Below, piece by piece: positions 49,453 through 60,875 of a DNA stretch of 64,000 bases. The notes beneath the pieces were generated by a model. The model searched no databases. It worked only from the letters and a program-made list of their open reading frames with translations, and was not told the DNA's origin. Made by a program: the position numbers and the translations under genes. The first letter of the stretch is position 1, and each line of letters starts with the position of its first letter. The stretch lies in contig CM060734.1 in NCBI GenBank assembly GCA_030704615.1, positions 34,472,001 through 34,536,000 of the forward strand. The letters run 5' to 3'. Source of the DNA: Takakia lepidozioides. Lineage: Eukaryota > Plantae > Bryophyta.

Positions 49453-52400
49453 GTGGTTCAGCGTAGGCTTAAGAGGGTATGTATGCTTACATTTGTTTGT
49501 GATTGTTTGAGAGGGAGGTCATGGAGGTGTTTGTGCAGGCTTGCAGGAGCGAATCGCCCTCGCAAGCCACGCGCTCCAAAGGAAAAAAGTAGGGATCAAG
49601 GTCCTACAAGGCAAAGTGCCAGACTGAAGACGATGAAGACTACGATTTTGCATGAGGGCTCTTCTGAGGACGATGAGGACGATCCACACCTCCCACGCCA
49701 GTGCGAGGCGAGTGCGTCGTCGGCGGATGCCATGGCAAGCCGAGGAGAACATGCCCATGCTCATGTCGCAGGACAAAAACGCCCATCATCTACACTACGA
49801 ACACCTTCTCCGTCTGTGAGTTATAGTTCTTCACAATGACCATGATTCTAATTATGTATGTTTTTGGTAAAATCACGAAGAGATAGGGTATGTCTGTCAA
49901 GACAGGGAAGTTGGACAATGCAGGGGTCAGCCAAGGCACAATCACAAATGATTTCCACTAGACAAGTTGAAGTGCCAAAGGCATGATGTCAGGCCAATGT
50001 AGACTTCAAGTGTGTTCAAATTCTTTGCCCCATGAAACCAACGTCCTGGTACTAAGCTACAATGGCTACTTATAGAGATACTTGGGTTACTTATGCACCC
50101 AGAATATCAGTAAAACTTGGAGGGATACTTCTCATGGACCCATCAGGTTTGTCCATTTGAATTCTTGCTATGGATTTCAGGAACACCCCGGCTCAAAAAT
50201 GTACTGGGAGGACATCATTGGGGCCAATCAAATTTGGGAGATTTACTGCCCAAGATCATACTGAGTTTTGGGTAATCTTGTCTTTACAAATGATATGTGC
50301 TTCCAGTTTGTTTTGCCTGAATTCAAGGATTTGCTGCTTGTTGCCTATATGTATGTGTAATCACCCACATTGTACTGGGGGAATTTCTTTTCAGGGCAAG
50401 CACAAGCGCACTGGATCCACGATCCCTGCTGCTAGCAATGGAGATGGCGCCCACAAGAACGCAGGAGGTGGCCCTAACTCTCCCAACGTTGTGGGTTCTG
50501 TGCCACCAGTACCCCCACCTTATTATGGTATGCCTCAGTACCCACAGTCTGGCACTCAGTATGGTCATGGTCAATATGGTGCTCCTCCATATGGGCAGTA
50601 TGGCCAGTATCCTCCTCCACCATATTTGCCACCCCCTAATAGCTATGGGGGTGGCAGGCCACCAGAATATCCTCCTGCTTATGGACAGTATGGTCCTCAG
50701 CCTTCTGGCCAACAACCATGGCCACCAGTCCCTACTTGGCAGGATCCTGCTTTGAATTCTCCTGAGCGCACGGAGGTCTCTGAAGGAGGGGAGGGTGTCG
50801 TTTCAAAGAATGATAGAACCAATGCTTTAAGGAGGGCCAATAGCTCAGCCAAAATTGAAGCTGCCAAGGTCAAGGAAGAGAGAATAGCTGCAGGTCTTCC
50901 TCCCACGGTGATTTTGACGAACCTCAAAGGAGCCCCATATGGTCAGACCCGGAATGTATGGCACGCTGCCCTTAAAGGACAGGCTTATCGCAAGCTAGAT
51001 TGTTCCCTTGCCATCAACAACCAACCTGATGAAGTTGTATACGAAATCAGAGATCACCTGGCTATTTTCATATACGCCGCACGAGTTAAAAGACTTCCAC
51101 CTAAAACAAACAATTGGCAGAATAATGAAGAGCCAGCGTTATGAAGCACACACTGCGTGGTTGGGTGGTAAGGGGAAATCCATTACTGTATCTGACAAGG
51201 TATGGAACAAGCTTGTAAGTTACTGACAGACAGAGGTGTTCCACAAAGTGTCGGGCAACATGAAGAAGGCAAATGGTGCAATTCTGAATCCTACCAAGAC
51301 TGGCCGTGGTGGGAAGGCAATGGTGGAAGTACGTTTGGTAAGTGGCATCATCACGACTCTGTATTTTGTTCCTCATTGAATTGCTATGTGTATATAGTCA
51401 GCCCTCACATTGCTTACTGACTTGTGGCATGGATTAATTTGTAGGAAACACTACCAGGGTGCCCTCCTACATTATATGAAATTCAAGAGGGTTCAGTGTC
51501 ACGGTTGTCAGCTGGGAGTGACAGGCGGGTAAGTGTGTTTTCCACGTTTGCTAGAGTGGTTGCTGCATCATAGGTTGCTAGGGTTTTTTCACGGCTTTTG
51601 GCCTGGGTTTTCTTTCCAATGGTTGTTCATGCTAGGTTTTTTGGGTTTGATTCATACTTGGGCAAGTTTTCATGGATTGGCAGGAGGGAAGTCTCGCATA
51701 TTCTACAGTAGTTGGCAGGATGGATGGCTTGGACAAACTGGTGGAATCACAAGGACGTGACATGGCAGAATTAAAATTACAGATGCAGAGTATGATTGAG
51801 TACCAGAAAGCCACTGTGACGAGATTCTACCAGGCGCAGGACCAGTGACATCTACGATGGATACGTCTGCTGTGACAGTATCAAAATGTTTGGAATCCCA
51901 ATTTCAGATGGTAACTGGTGCTCACTCTAAGCCCTTATGTCTTCCTGTCACTGATGATCTTTTGAATTTGACCGAGCAGCAGCAGGATACAGGGAAGGCC
52001 AGCTGTGAGGTACATGTGGAAATTCAGCCCTTGCCACGTACAAAGGCAGTAGCAGTCCAGGGGGCAATGGTGACAGAGCGGCCGGGCACACCGGATTCTG
52101 GTATGCAGGTATGTGGGAGTTTAGATGGGGAGGAAGATGCAGACGGGGACAAAACAAACAAGCAGGTTGCTTTAATTTCTCCTGCTCACATGTTGAAGCC
52201 AAATGTCAGTTTACTTCCTGGACCAACGAGGAAGCATTTACTAATTCTGGACTTAAATGGTCTGTTATGTGAATCTTTTCATTCTGCTAATGGGCCTGCA
52301 TCCCTTCCCAAAGGTTTTGTGGGGAAGATGTGTGGCAAGAAGATGGTAGTTTTGAGACCACGCTGTTATGACTTTTTGCAAAAGTGTTTTGAACACTTTG

Positions 52401-53601
52401 AGGTGGCGGTGTGGTCTTGTTGCCAAGCTCGCAACTTCTTCCCAATGGTGGACTATATTTTTGCAGCCCACACTAACCTGGTTTTCCAGTGGGATGCCCT
52501 TCACTGTGACGAGGATCCAGTCCTCCCATGCCATAAGGGGTCTGATTCAAAGCCATTATATTTCAAGAACTTGTCTACAGTGTGGGCAGACTGGCCAGAA
52601 TGGACTTATGAGGACACTGTTCTTGTTGACAACACACCAAGAAAGGCGGCAAACAATCCTCCTTCAGTGGGATTTTTCCAGAGCCATGGAAGGTGCAACC
52701 AGATTCACCAACTGATGAGTATCTAATAGAGGTGTTGTGGCCTTTCTTGTGGAAGGCATCGAAAGCTGCCAGTATTCCCAAGTTTTTGGAGTCTCAGCCT
52801 GTTTTCGGACAACAACCATACAACACTGCTACTGTGAAGGTACAAACATTCTGACAGTGCTCCAGAGGCTACATTTTTGTGGGTTCATTCATTGCATTGC
52901 TTTCTTGGATGCTTCTCCTCGGTTGCTTGATTAATGCTAGGTTTTCTTTGCAGCTTTTCATGTTGGTTTTTTTTGTTTGATTCATACTTGGATTTTGTTT
53001 CTATTCACTATTCCTGTTTGCTCATTGCTTTCCTGGTTGATCTCTGGTCTGTGACACGGGAACTTGTGACAAACAAAGGTGATATTGTCGACAAGCCGGT
53101 ACAGACGAGGGGCAAGAGTGTCGACCCGGCGAGTAGCCCCCCAAAAGAGGTCTCACCACCACTGGAGACTGCAAATGGAGTAAGTCCAGGCCGTTGTCTT
53201 GTCTGTTATATTTTTCCAACCTTGGGGCTCTCTTTAACTCGCAAATGTTGAGTGTCCTAGTCGTGTGTATGTCATGGGTTTTCACATCGTGTTCTTTTTT
53301 GTGTGGAGTTGGGATCACAGTTCAGGGTGGGTGACGAGGTTCGGTTGTTGGATGTGAACTCCAAACGCATGAAATGTGGAGTAGGCTGATTGTTGCTCTT
53401 CAAGGTGTTGTGGTGGGTTACGGGTACCCTGCTGTGCCCCTTGATTATGCCTGTGTGTACATCAAAGAGGCATGTGTCAGTAACATCCCTCTACCATATG
53501 TGAATGGTGTTAGGAAACAGACCGAGTTGGGGCAGGTGGTTGGCCAGACAACACTTTGGAGTCTAAAGTTACTGAAACTTATGGAGCTGCGGAATGGATA
53601 G
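49453..53601 (+). pseudogene. CACTA accessory (TnpA/Ptta-like) multi-exon gene region
   Basis: P/G/Y-rich tract, then TNLKGAPYG...WHAALK...WNKLVSY*...TKTGRGGK (50900-51340). C-terminal YACVYIKEA...PLPY...LGQVVGQTTLW (53374-53601) resembles En/Spm-like ORF2 C-termini. Exons not resolved. Confidence 0.55.
52225..52720 (+). CDS. FCP1/NIF-like HAD phosphatase-homology domain inside the CACTA element
   Basis: KHLLILDLNGLL...VLRPRCYDFLQKCFEHFEVAVWS...FQWDALHC...FKNLSTVW...TVLVDNTPRKAANNP (in ORF 51845-52726); apparent frameshift near the end. Confidence 0.82.
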
Positions 53602-54776
53602 TCAGTATTGCACTGTTTAACAGAGTTCTTGATTCTAATAGCACTAGAACATACTAGCTACAACAATTCAGCCCATGTGTGGGCTTACTTGTTTTTGGCT
53701 GGGCCTTTTGAGGCATGGATTTTTTGACCTTGTGGCTTTTGAGGTGTCCATTGGGATATTGGTCTCATTTGGATTTTTGTAATGTGATTTATAGGGCTTG
53801 TATTGCCCTGTAGTTGACTATTTTCATCCTCCTTGTGGTTGATAGTATGCAGGAGGGATCCATTCTGTTTTCATGTTGGAATTTCACCATGTAATGAAGA
53901 TTTTAAATCATTTAATTCACTTTTATTTTAAATAATAATATGAAAAATAATACCATTAAAAAAAATCCAAGGCTGCAATCTCCCTGTTCTTTTAAATATT
54001 AAATGAAAACTAAAAATTAAATATGAATATTAAAAATATAAACTATTTCGGAAAACAATCTTGATGACACGTGGCATCACTCTTGCTCAAACCAGAACAC
54101 GTGGGAATATATGACACGACATTCTTTATCCATATTTTCACCACGTGTAAAGATCCGTAGTCATATATGCTAGTCATATATTTTGTCTGTGTGCCACATG
54201 TCACATCTCAAGTGCAACAGATGTCCCGCTAATATCTCTCCATGTAGACATCCCTGTAGTCATATGAGCGAGTTTTGTAGTCACCACGTGTGAAATCTGC
54301 CATAGCACACGTGTCTTGCTAGCGCCTCTCCATGTAGGCATCACTGTGCAGACATGTAGTCATATGATCATGGCAAGAAGTCGTGACATGTCAAATTCGC
54401 AGTGGCGCACATGTCCATCCGTCGCCTCTCCATGTAGGCATCACTTTGCAGACATATAGTCATATGATCCCCTGACGAATGCATGACGTGTCGCTTGCGC
54501 AGTGGCGCACGTGTCCCGCTGAAGCCTCTCCATGTAGGCAGCGCTCAACAGACAATGTAGTCATATATTAGTCATATAGTTGTGACTGCAACCCTCTCTG
54601 CAGCAGGACTCCAGGTGCCACGCAAGCAGTCATGGATATGACTTGCAAAACGCAGTCCTAAAGACTAGTCGCTATGACAGGGCTTTTTTCACTATAGAGT
54701 GATGTAGTCATGAACGCATATAAGACTGAAAAAATAGTCACATGTGAAGTCATAAAAACGCTCATCTGTTGTAGTG

Positions 54777-54963
54777 CAAGGCCTTCCACACCACAACATC
54801 TGGATTGATTGGCATTTTATTTATCAGGTCCACTGCCTCATATACTTGTCCCGCTTGTCCAGAAGGTCCACCATGTAGCCAAAGTGCTTTACTGGCAGGG
54901 TGGCACCATGATCTTGACTCAGGGAATCGAAGTAGCGTCCTCCTTCATTCAATAGGCCAGGCA
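54777..54963 (-). pseudogene. PPR L2/S2-E1 segment belonging with the DYW fragment at 35567-36077
   Basis: GLLNEGGRYFDSLSQDHG...KHFGYMVDLL/GQAGQVYEAVDLINKMPINPDVVVWKAL. Confidence 0.85.
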
Positions 54964-55439
54964 TAACCTAGGTGATCTGGGGTATGTTCACCTTCCAATG
55001 AAGACACTAGTCCCGAGTAGTCCCTCCGAACAAAAAAACATCATAATGTACGCTTCCTTCGGGAGGTGTCATCCATTTTTTTGTTTGAAACCGTGGGTGT
55101 TTAATTTGAGTATAACCGATCAAATATCTTTAAGTTCAAATATTCTAGAAAATAAAACCGGAATTTCGAGTGATTGGGAGAGGGTTGGGAAACCATGTTG
55201 TCTTGGTTAAATCCTTAGCACTTGGGGATGAATCGACATTAGTTAAATTGGTACTATTAGGCTAGAAGATGAATTTCCAAGAACTGTAGGTTGTTGTAAT
55301 CCAAGGTGTCATGAGAAACATCGCATATTAAATGTTATACCTTGTCAAAAAAAACTTTAAGTGATAGTACCATCAGCGAGGTTTTCCAGAAAAAAGTCAG
55401 AAATGAGTGTGCCTTTAGATCGTATTATTATGGAGCTTG

Positions 55440-55503
55440 ACTAGTGAAACTGTGGGGGATAACCTTCATCGTCGAGAGGGGAACAGCCCAGATCACTAAC
55501 TAA
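55440..55503 (+). other. Short degenerate fragment of plastid/bacterial-type 23S rDNA (probable NUPT)
   Basis: agtgaaactgtgggggataaccttcatcgtcgagaggggaacagcccagatcac closely resembles the conserved 23S segment ...GGGGGATAAGCTTCATCGTCGAGAGGGAAACAGCCC... (recognised from memory). Confidence 0.6.
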
Positions 55504-56799
55504 ACAAAGCGGACATATATTTCTTGATAGAGAAACACATCTCACATAACTTATGACTTAGTCCTACACAAGAGTTTTATTTTGAGATGTTTATTGGTTA
55601 GTGATGTACAAGTCAACTCTACAAGTAAATTCTAAAATGTTATCTCTTATGCTTTGTCTCATAAATCTCTTCATAAAGATGTAGATTATATAGTCGTGAA
55701 ATGTTTAGTAAATGATCTATTGGTGTGGTTGGGTTAGTTAGGAAACTAGGACTACCAAGCGATATAGAGATTCATGTAGTATATAGTAATGTTCCATGAT
55801 TGTTGTCTCATGTCGACAGCTAGTTTAGTTTAGGATTAGCCTTGTAGGCAAGTCTCCGGTTGAGTTTTGGAGGACTTTCGGCGTGCTACCATCTCGCTAA
55901 TCTGTTAAAGTTCGATCATCTATATAAGCTTGGAGGCTTGGACTCTCGGGTTGGATGTTTTGGGTGTTAAAACCTTTGTATCTGGGGTGTTGGATGAATG
56001 TCGGCAGACATTGAAATTTGAGTCTGAGTTGCTTTGAGCATATGTTGGGTGACAAATGCAATTCCCTTACAAAAAAATCCTGACTATTAGCATGCGCGGG
56101 TTACCGAGTTACATACCCCTATTAAATTAGCTTATCCCTACCCAGGAAAGGAATCTCTAATGGAGCAAGAATTTGGCTTCACTCCAGTTGCACTACTGTT
56201 GAAAAATGAAAAACAAACAGCTAGTAACATATGGCTCCTCTTTTTCAGTAATGGAATCCATAATAACCTTGAAAGTTCATCCATTTATTTTTCATAAATT
56301 GTTCAATAAGAGAGACGTTACCTTAGGGAAGGCAAATTAGCAAGCAGTTTTGAGCAAAGGAGAGGAAGTGAACGAAATGATTTTGCGCGGGCCTATGTCA
56401 TTCCACACGAAACAGGTCGACAATACATTGTATATGGCCAGCAAGCATCATCGTCGAGTGTGTCGGCATCCCTTACTCCACCGACTGCCGCATCCATATT
56501 TTGCCCACGTCCTACGAAGACGGAGAGTATTCAAATATTGAGTGAGGAGGATGAGGACTGCATGGTGGTTGGCAGCAGACGAGCACACTCCGCCCCTCCA
56601 CGCACGCGCGCAAACACCACGGAGGACGACGATGCACATGAGGTGGATGCTGACATGTTTACTCCCACACCCGCAGATGCGGTTACAAATTCAATAGTGG
56701 ACATCTTGCAGCTCCTACGCACCAGCACCACATCCCGCATCGAGCTTTCAAGGATTGACTTTCACAGTGTTCAAATAGTGAAGGTGAACCATTTACCCA

Positions 56800-59700
56800 C
56801 ACTACAGGAAAAGGGGGGCCTTTCCAACGCTCGGGCCACGCCGCAGTGTCGGGAAAACGCGCATTTCAGGCACGCGGCAGACGCCGAATTTGCAACGCCC
56901 GGCTGTCGCATGGGCGTCGCAAAAATGCGACGTATGGGGGTCGCGAGCCTCCGCCCCAACTCTCGCGACTGCCGGACGTCGCTTTTTCGGGTCGTCCGCG
57001 CCGATGGTAGGGGCCTCCTTTGAGCGACGTCTCGCCGTCGCTGCCCCCCAGCCGACGGCGTTGGTGGAGGCGACGGCGCGGCGTCGCATCCCTTTTTTTT
57101 CTAACCTACCCGGTAGTCCCATCCTAAAACCCAAAACACGTGGCGTAAGCCGGGTGGTACGCCAAGCGACTATTGGGTGTGGCAAAAAAAAACAGCAAGA
57201 GCAGGAGTCGGGCTCCGCCACACCCGGGCATGGGTTTTCGCGACGCTCTGGCGTCGTTTTTTTTATATTTAATCCACAAAATAAAAGACGTGGCGCAGGC
57301 AGGGTGGCGGGCTCCGCGACGCCAGGGCATCGTGGCTTGCGACCCCCGGACCAAAAAAACACGTCACAGGGGGGTGTCGGGCGTTGCCGCCCGCAAATGG
57401 GATTTGCAACGCCCAACCGTCGCGGCTTGCGACCCCCGCCCAAAAAACACGTCGCCAATGGCGGCGTCATGCAGTCGCGAGGGCAGTTTGGTGGGGGGGG
57501 GTTGGGGGGTTGATTTTGGGGGTGAATTGGGGGTGGTTTTTGTTTTTTGCCTTGTTTTGTTTTTGGGGATGGGAGACCTTACAGCTTCCATTTCTCTGAT
57601 TTAGCAGGTATACAATTGAGCAAGCATGAATCGAGGGGAGGACGGTGCGACACATGAATAAGATGGAAGATGGAAAGATGGAAATATATTTATAGGAAAT
57701 GAGCTGAAAAGCTCACAAGGGTTTAGTAGGCTGACCCTGGGACCTACATAGACTAGGACTAGTCATCCTCATCCTCATCCTCATCCTCAGTGGAGGACTC
57801 AGAGCTATCTGATGAGCCTGATGACTCCGCGCCCTTTGCCAGAGCACCTAAATGAGGCGGCGTTCCCCTAAGTCCCAAAGCTCTCATCCAATCCCTGGCC
57901 ATGACCCCCGACCTCATCCATACTAGTGCCTTGTAGTGCACTCATCCCCTCCGTGTTGGCCATGTTCTTCATGAGGGATTGCCAACCATGCTCCTTGGCG
58001 TAGTTGTACTCTACCGGAGATGGCTTCCTCTCAAACGCGCGTTGCTACACATGCCACAAATTAAAGTCAGTTCTTCGCGATGATGGTGCCAAAAAGAAGA
58101 CATAACAAAATCCATATGGAAGTACAACTTACAAATCGCAAGATAAAACCCTTGGATCCGCCGGCGCCCCACTTGTGTGTGGATTCATGCTTGTCAAGGT
58201 GGACTGTTGTTGCTTTGCATGCTCGGTCAAATTTGGCCTTGATTGCGGCATCATTCTCTCCCGCAATGAGTGCATCCCACGATACCTATGCCCCCCCCCA
58301 ACAATTAGTGAATTACATACATACGTTGCATCGAATCCACCTCATTAATGCACATGCGACAAATGGAAGGTGAAATGATTCAGGATTTGCCAACCTGTGT
58401 AATTCCATAAGGTGGTTTGGGTATGGCCCCCTTTTCCATTGCCCTCCGAATGATCTGTCTGGCACGGTACCTCCTGTCCATCAAGTTTCGCCCCACCATC
58501 TCCATCACCCTTGTGTCACTCCAATTGCCCGGAAACCGGCGGTCTAACTCATGGGCATACGCCCGCTTTGCGCCAAAGTGCTGATCAGCCCACTCGATGT
58601 GCAAAGGGAACCACCTCATTGTGAGTTCGAAGGCTGGCTTCTTCATAGCCTCCCAAAATGCACCGCAGGGGTCACCATGGCGATTCACCTCCACCGGTGG
58701 CACCACGATCTTTGCCAACTCCACGTCCTGTATCACCAAGGCCATGTTCTTCTTCCCACCCTCTCCCTTCTTTGTAGCCTCCTTCCCCTGCTCCCTTGTT
58801 ACCCCACTACCCTCCCCCGCATGCATACTCACCCCTTCCTCTCCATGGGATTTCTTCTTCTTCTTCTTCTTCTTTTTCCTTCCCTTCTCCACGACCATCT
58901 CCTTCACCTTCCCCGCTACTTCATCTCTCTCCTTCTCCTTCTCCCTTCTCTCTCTCTCCTCGGCAGCCTCTTCATTGATGGTAAAAGGGATCTCGGGAGG
59001 TCGAGGCCTCTTCTTCTTACCTTTGGTGTTCGGGTCCATCATGAACCCCACGTGCTCTCCCTCATTGGCAACCCCACCAAACTGCACCAATGAGGCCAGC
59101 CATGTTGCTGCCTCCTGAAGATAAATAACCCCTCCAAATTCAAAAAAAGAAACAAACAACAAAGAAAATCATGCATGCAAAAGAAAGGATAAAACATGGA
59201 ACAAGGTGCGACAATTGTACCTTTGCAAGCTTGTCCGACTTGCCCCCGGTATCACCCGATGTGGTAGGAGTCCCCGTTGCCGGATGTGCCCGCGCTATCC
59301 CCTACCAGAGCGCCACTGGAAGTAGATTCCAGATGTAGAGCATAGCCGGCGGCGACGCCCCGTAGTCTAGGCCATTCTTTGCTGACCGCTCAGGCTCAGG
59401 GGGCGGCGTTGCTGATCGGCTAGGCCGCTCCAAACCGGCCCATACCTCCTCCCCCCCCCAAAAAAAGTGTATCAGGGTAGAAGCCCTCACCCGGCTTGAC
59501 TTCTTCGAGGCGCTTCGCTATCTCGGCCACTTCATTGGCCCTCCTCGTCTCCTCCTCCCTCATCGACAACATTGGGCTAGCAATGGAGGCTTTCAAAGGC
59601 CCTTGAACCTGACGTTGGGCCTTGGCAAGTGCAGCCTTTGCTGCGGAGGAAGGGGTCGCTATGGGGGTGACATCCAAAAGTTGCCCATACCGGGCCCCCG

Positions 59701-60030
59701 AACAGGTGATGTGCTTGCCAAGGTACATTTCACCCGTCTTGGTGGCCGGGGGTGTGTTCAACTGAGCATCCGGCTCAACAACAACCTCCCGAATAGGAGA
59801 GCTGGCTGAGCCAGCCCCTGGCGCATCCAAGATGTGGACAAGAGGGGGGGTACTGGCCTTGGGGGGCAGACGAGCCCTCCGGCTGCGGCTGTCGACGGGG
59901 CTGGTTAACCGTGAGACGCCCTGGCGCATCACACGTGCCGTCAGAGCAAATGGATCGTCCGCCCCTTTCTTTGGGGCAGGGGACTTCTTCTCTTTCCCCA
60001 TAAGCTGGCACCTGTCATGCAAATCCACAA
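56800..60030 (-). mobile_element. Partial CACTA element (same TIR family as 32203-33414) with TnpA/Ptta-like ORF remnants on minus
   Basis: CACTACAGGAAAAGGGGGG at 56800 followed by GCGACGCC subterminal repeats to ~57480. ORF 59162-58380 VNRHGDPCGAFWEAMKK... and downstream THKWGAGG parallel the 50900-51340 protein. The other TIR was not found. Confidence 0.7.
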
Positions 60031-60369
60031 GTTGGTCTCATTAGGAAACAACCTCTACATTCAAGATCAAAAACAAAAAAAAAACCAAGCATGTCGGGGG
60101 CTGAGAGCAGCAAGTGCTCGGGGTCTCGAGAGGGGGCAACAAAGAGAAAAGAAAAAGGGGGGGGGGGGGGGGGGGGGTGGTGTGACTACCACGGGCTCAT
60201 TCACTCGCCCCCCCCCCCCCCCCCCCACCCTCCCATTTCCCCCCCCATTTCCTGATCTTTCCCTCTCTCGGTCCTTCTCTGTCCCTCTCTCCCTCTCTGT
60301 CCCTCTCTATTGGGAGTTGGCAGTTTGCTATCAGTGTTGACTTCATGTTTTCTCATCCTCTATCAGGCT

Positions 60370-60875
60370 TTTTCATCCATACCGGATGAGCCACCAGGAT
60401 GGACACTGAATTACCTCTAGGATGGTTCTTTTGGCCTTTTCATTCCTCCTTTATTGACTCTCATCCATACCGGATGACTCACCATGGAAGAAAAGAATTA
60501 CCTCTATGAAGGTTGCCAACAACATCATGTTTTTCCATCTGTATCGGATGAAAAACTACTAGGGTGATAATTTTTCATTCCTCTTTTATTGACTCTTTTT
60601 ATCCATACCGGATGGTCTGGTGAGGAATGATAGAATTACCTAGATAGAGGTAAGGCGCTGCCACGGATGATATTCCCTACTGTTTCATCCTGACACAAGT
60701 GATCTGTCTATGGATGATGTGATTATGGCCTGGAATTGATCTTTACTACCCATAATTATGATTCATTACGGTGGAAACCCTAACCCATACCCCAAAACCT
60801 ATTTTTAACCTTGCTGCGGATGAAATCTGTCAGGGTATACGGATGCGTCCTACTATTTTTCATCCACGGATGAAT
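60370..60875. repeat. Array of CATCC-N(1-5)-GGATG hairpin motifs within longer degenerate units
   Basis: catccataccggatga at ~60374 and ~60462, atccataccggatgg at ~60601, variants at ~60536 and ~60861; gaattacct units interspersed. Confidence 0.6.

Larger units (their letters stand above)
36078..54776. mobile_element. CACTA (En/Spm) element, 18.7 kb including the nested retrotransposon; 3-bp TSD CAA
   Basis: caa|CACTACAAGAGATGAG (36078) ... CTCATCTGTTGTAGTG|caa (54776). GACTAC/GTAGTC subterminal repeats at both ends, with ~90-bp units at 54190-54580. Removing it rejoins PPR ...PDVVVWKAL|LGAYRIHG on the minus strand. Confidence 0.93.

Noticed and set aside
55440-55503. Functional rRNA gene
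   Set aside because: Only ~60 bp, diverged, with no flanking rRNA sequence.
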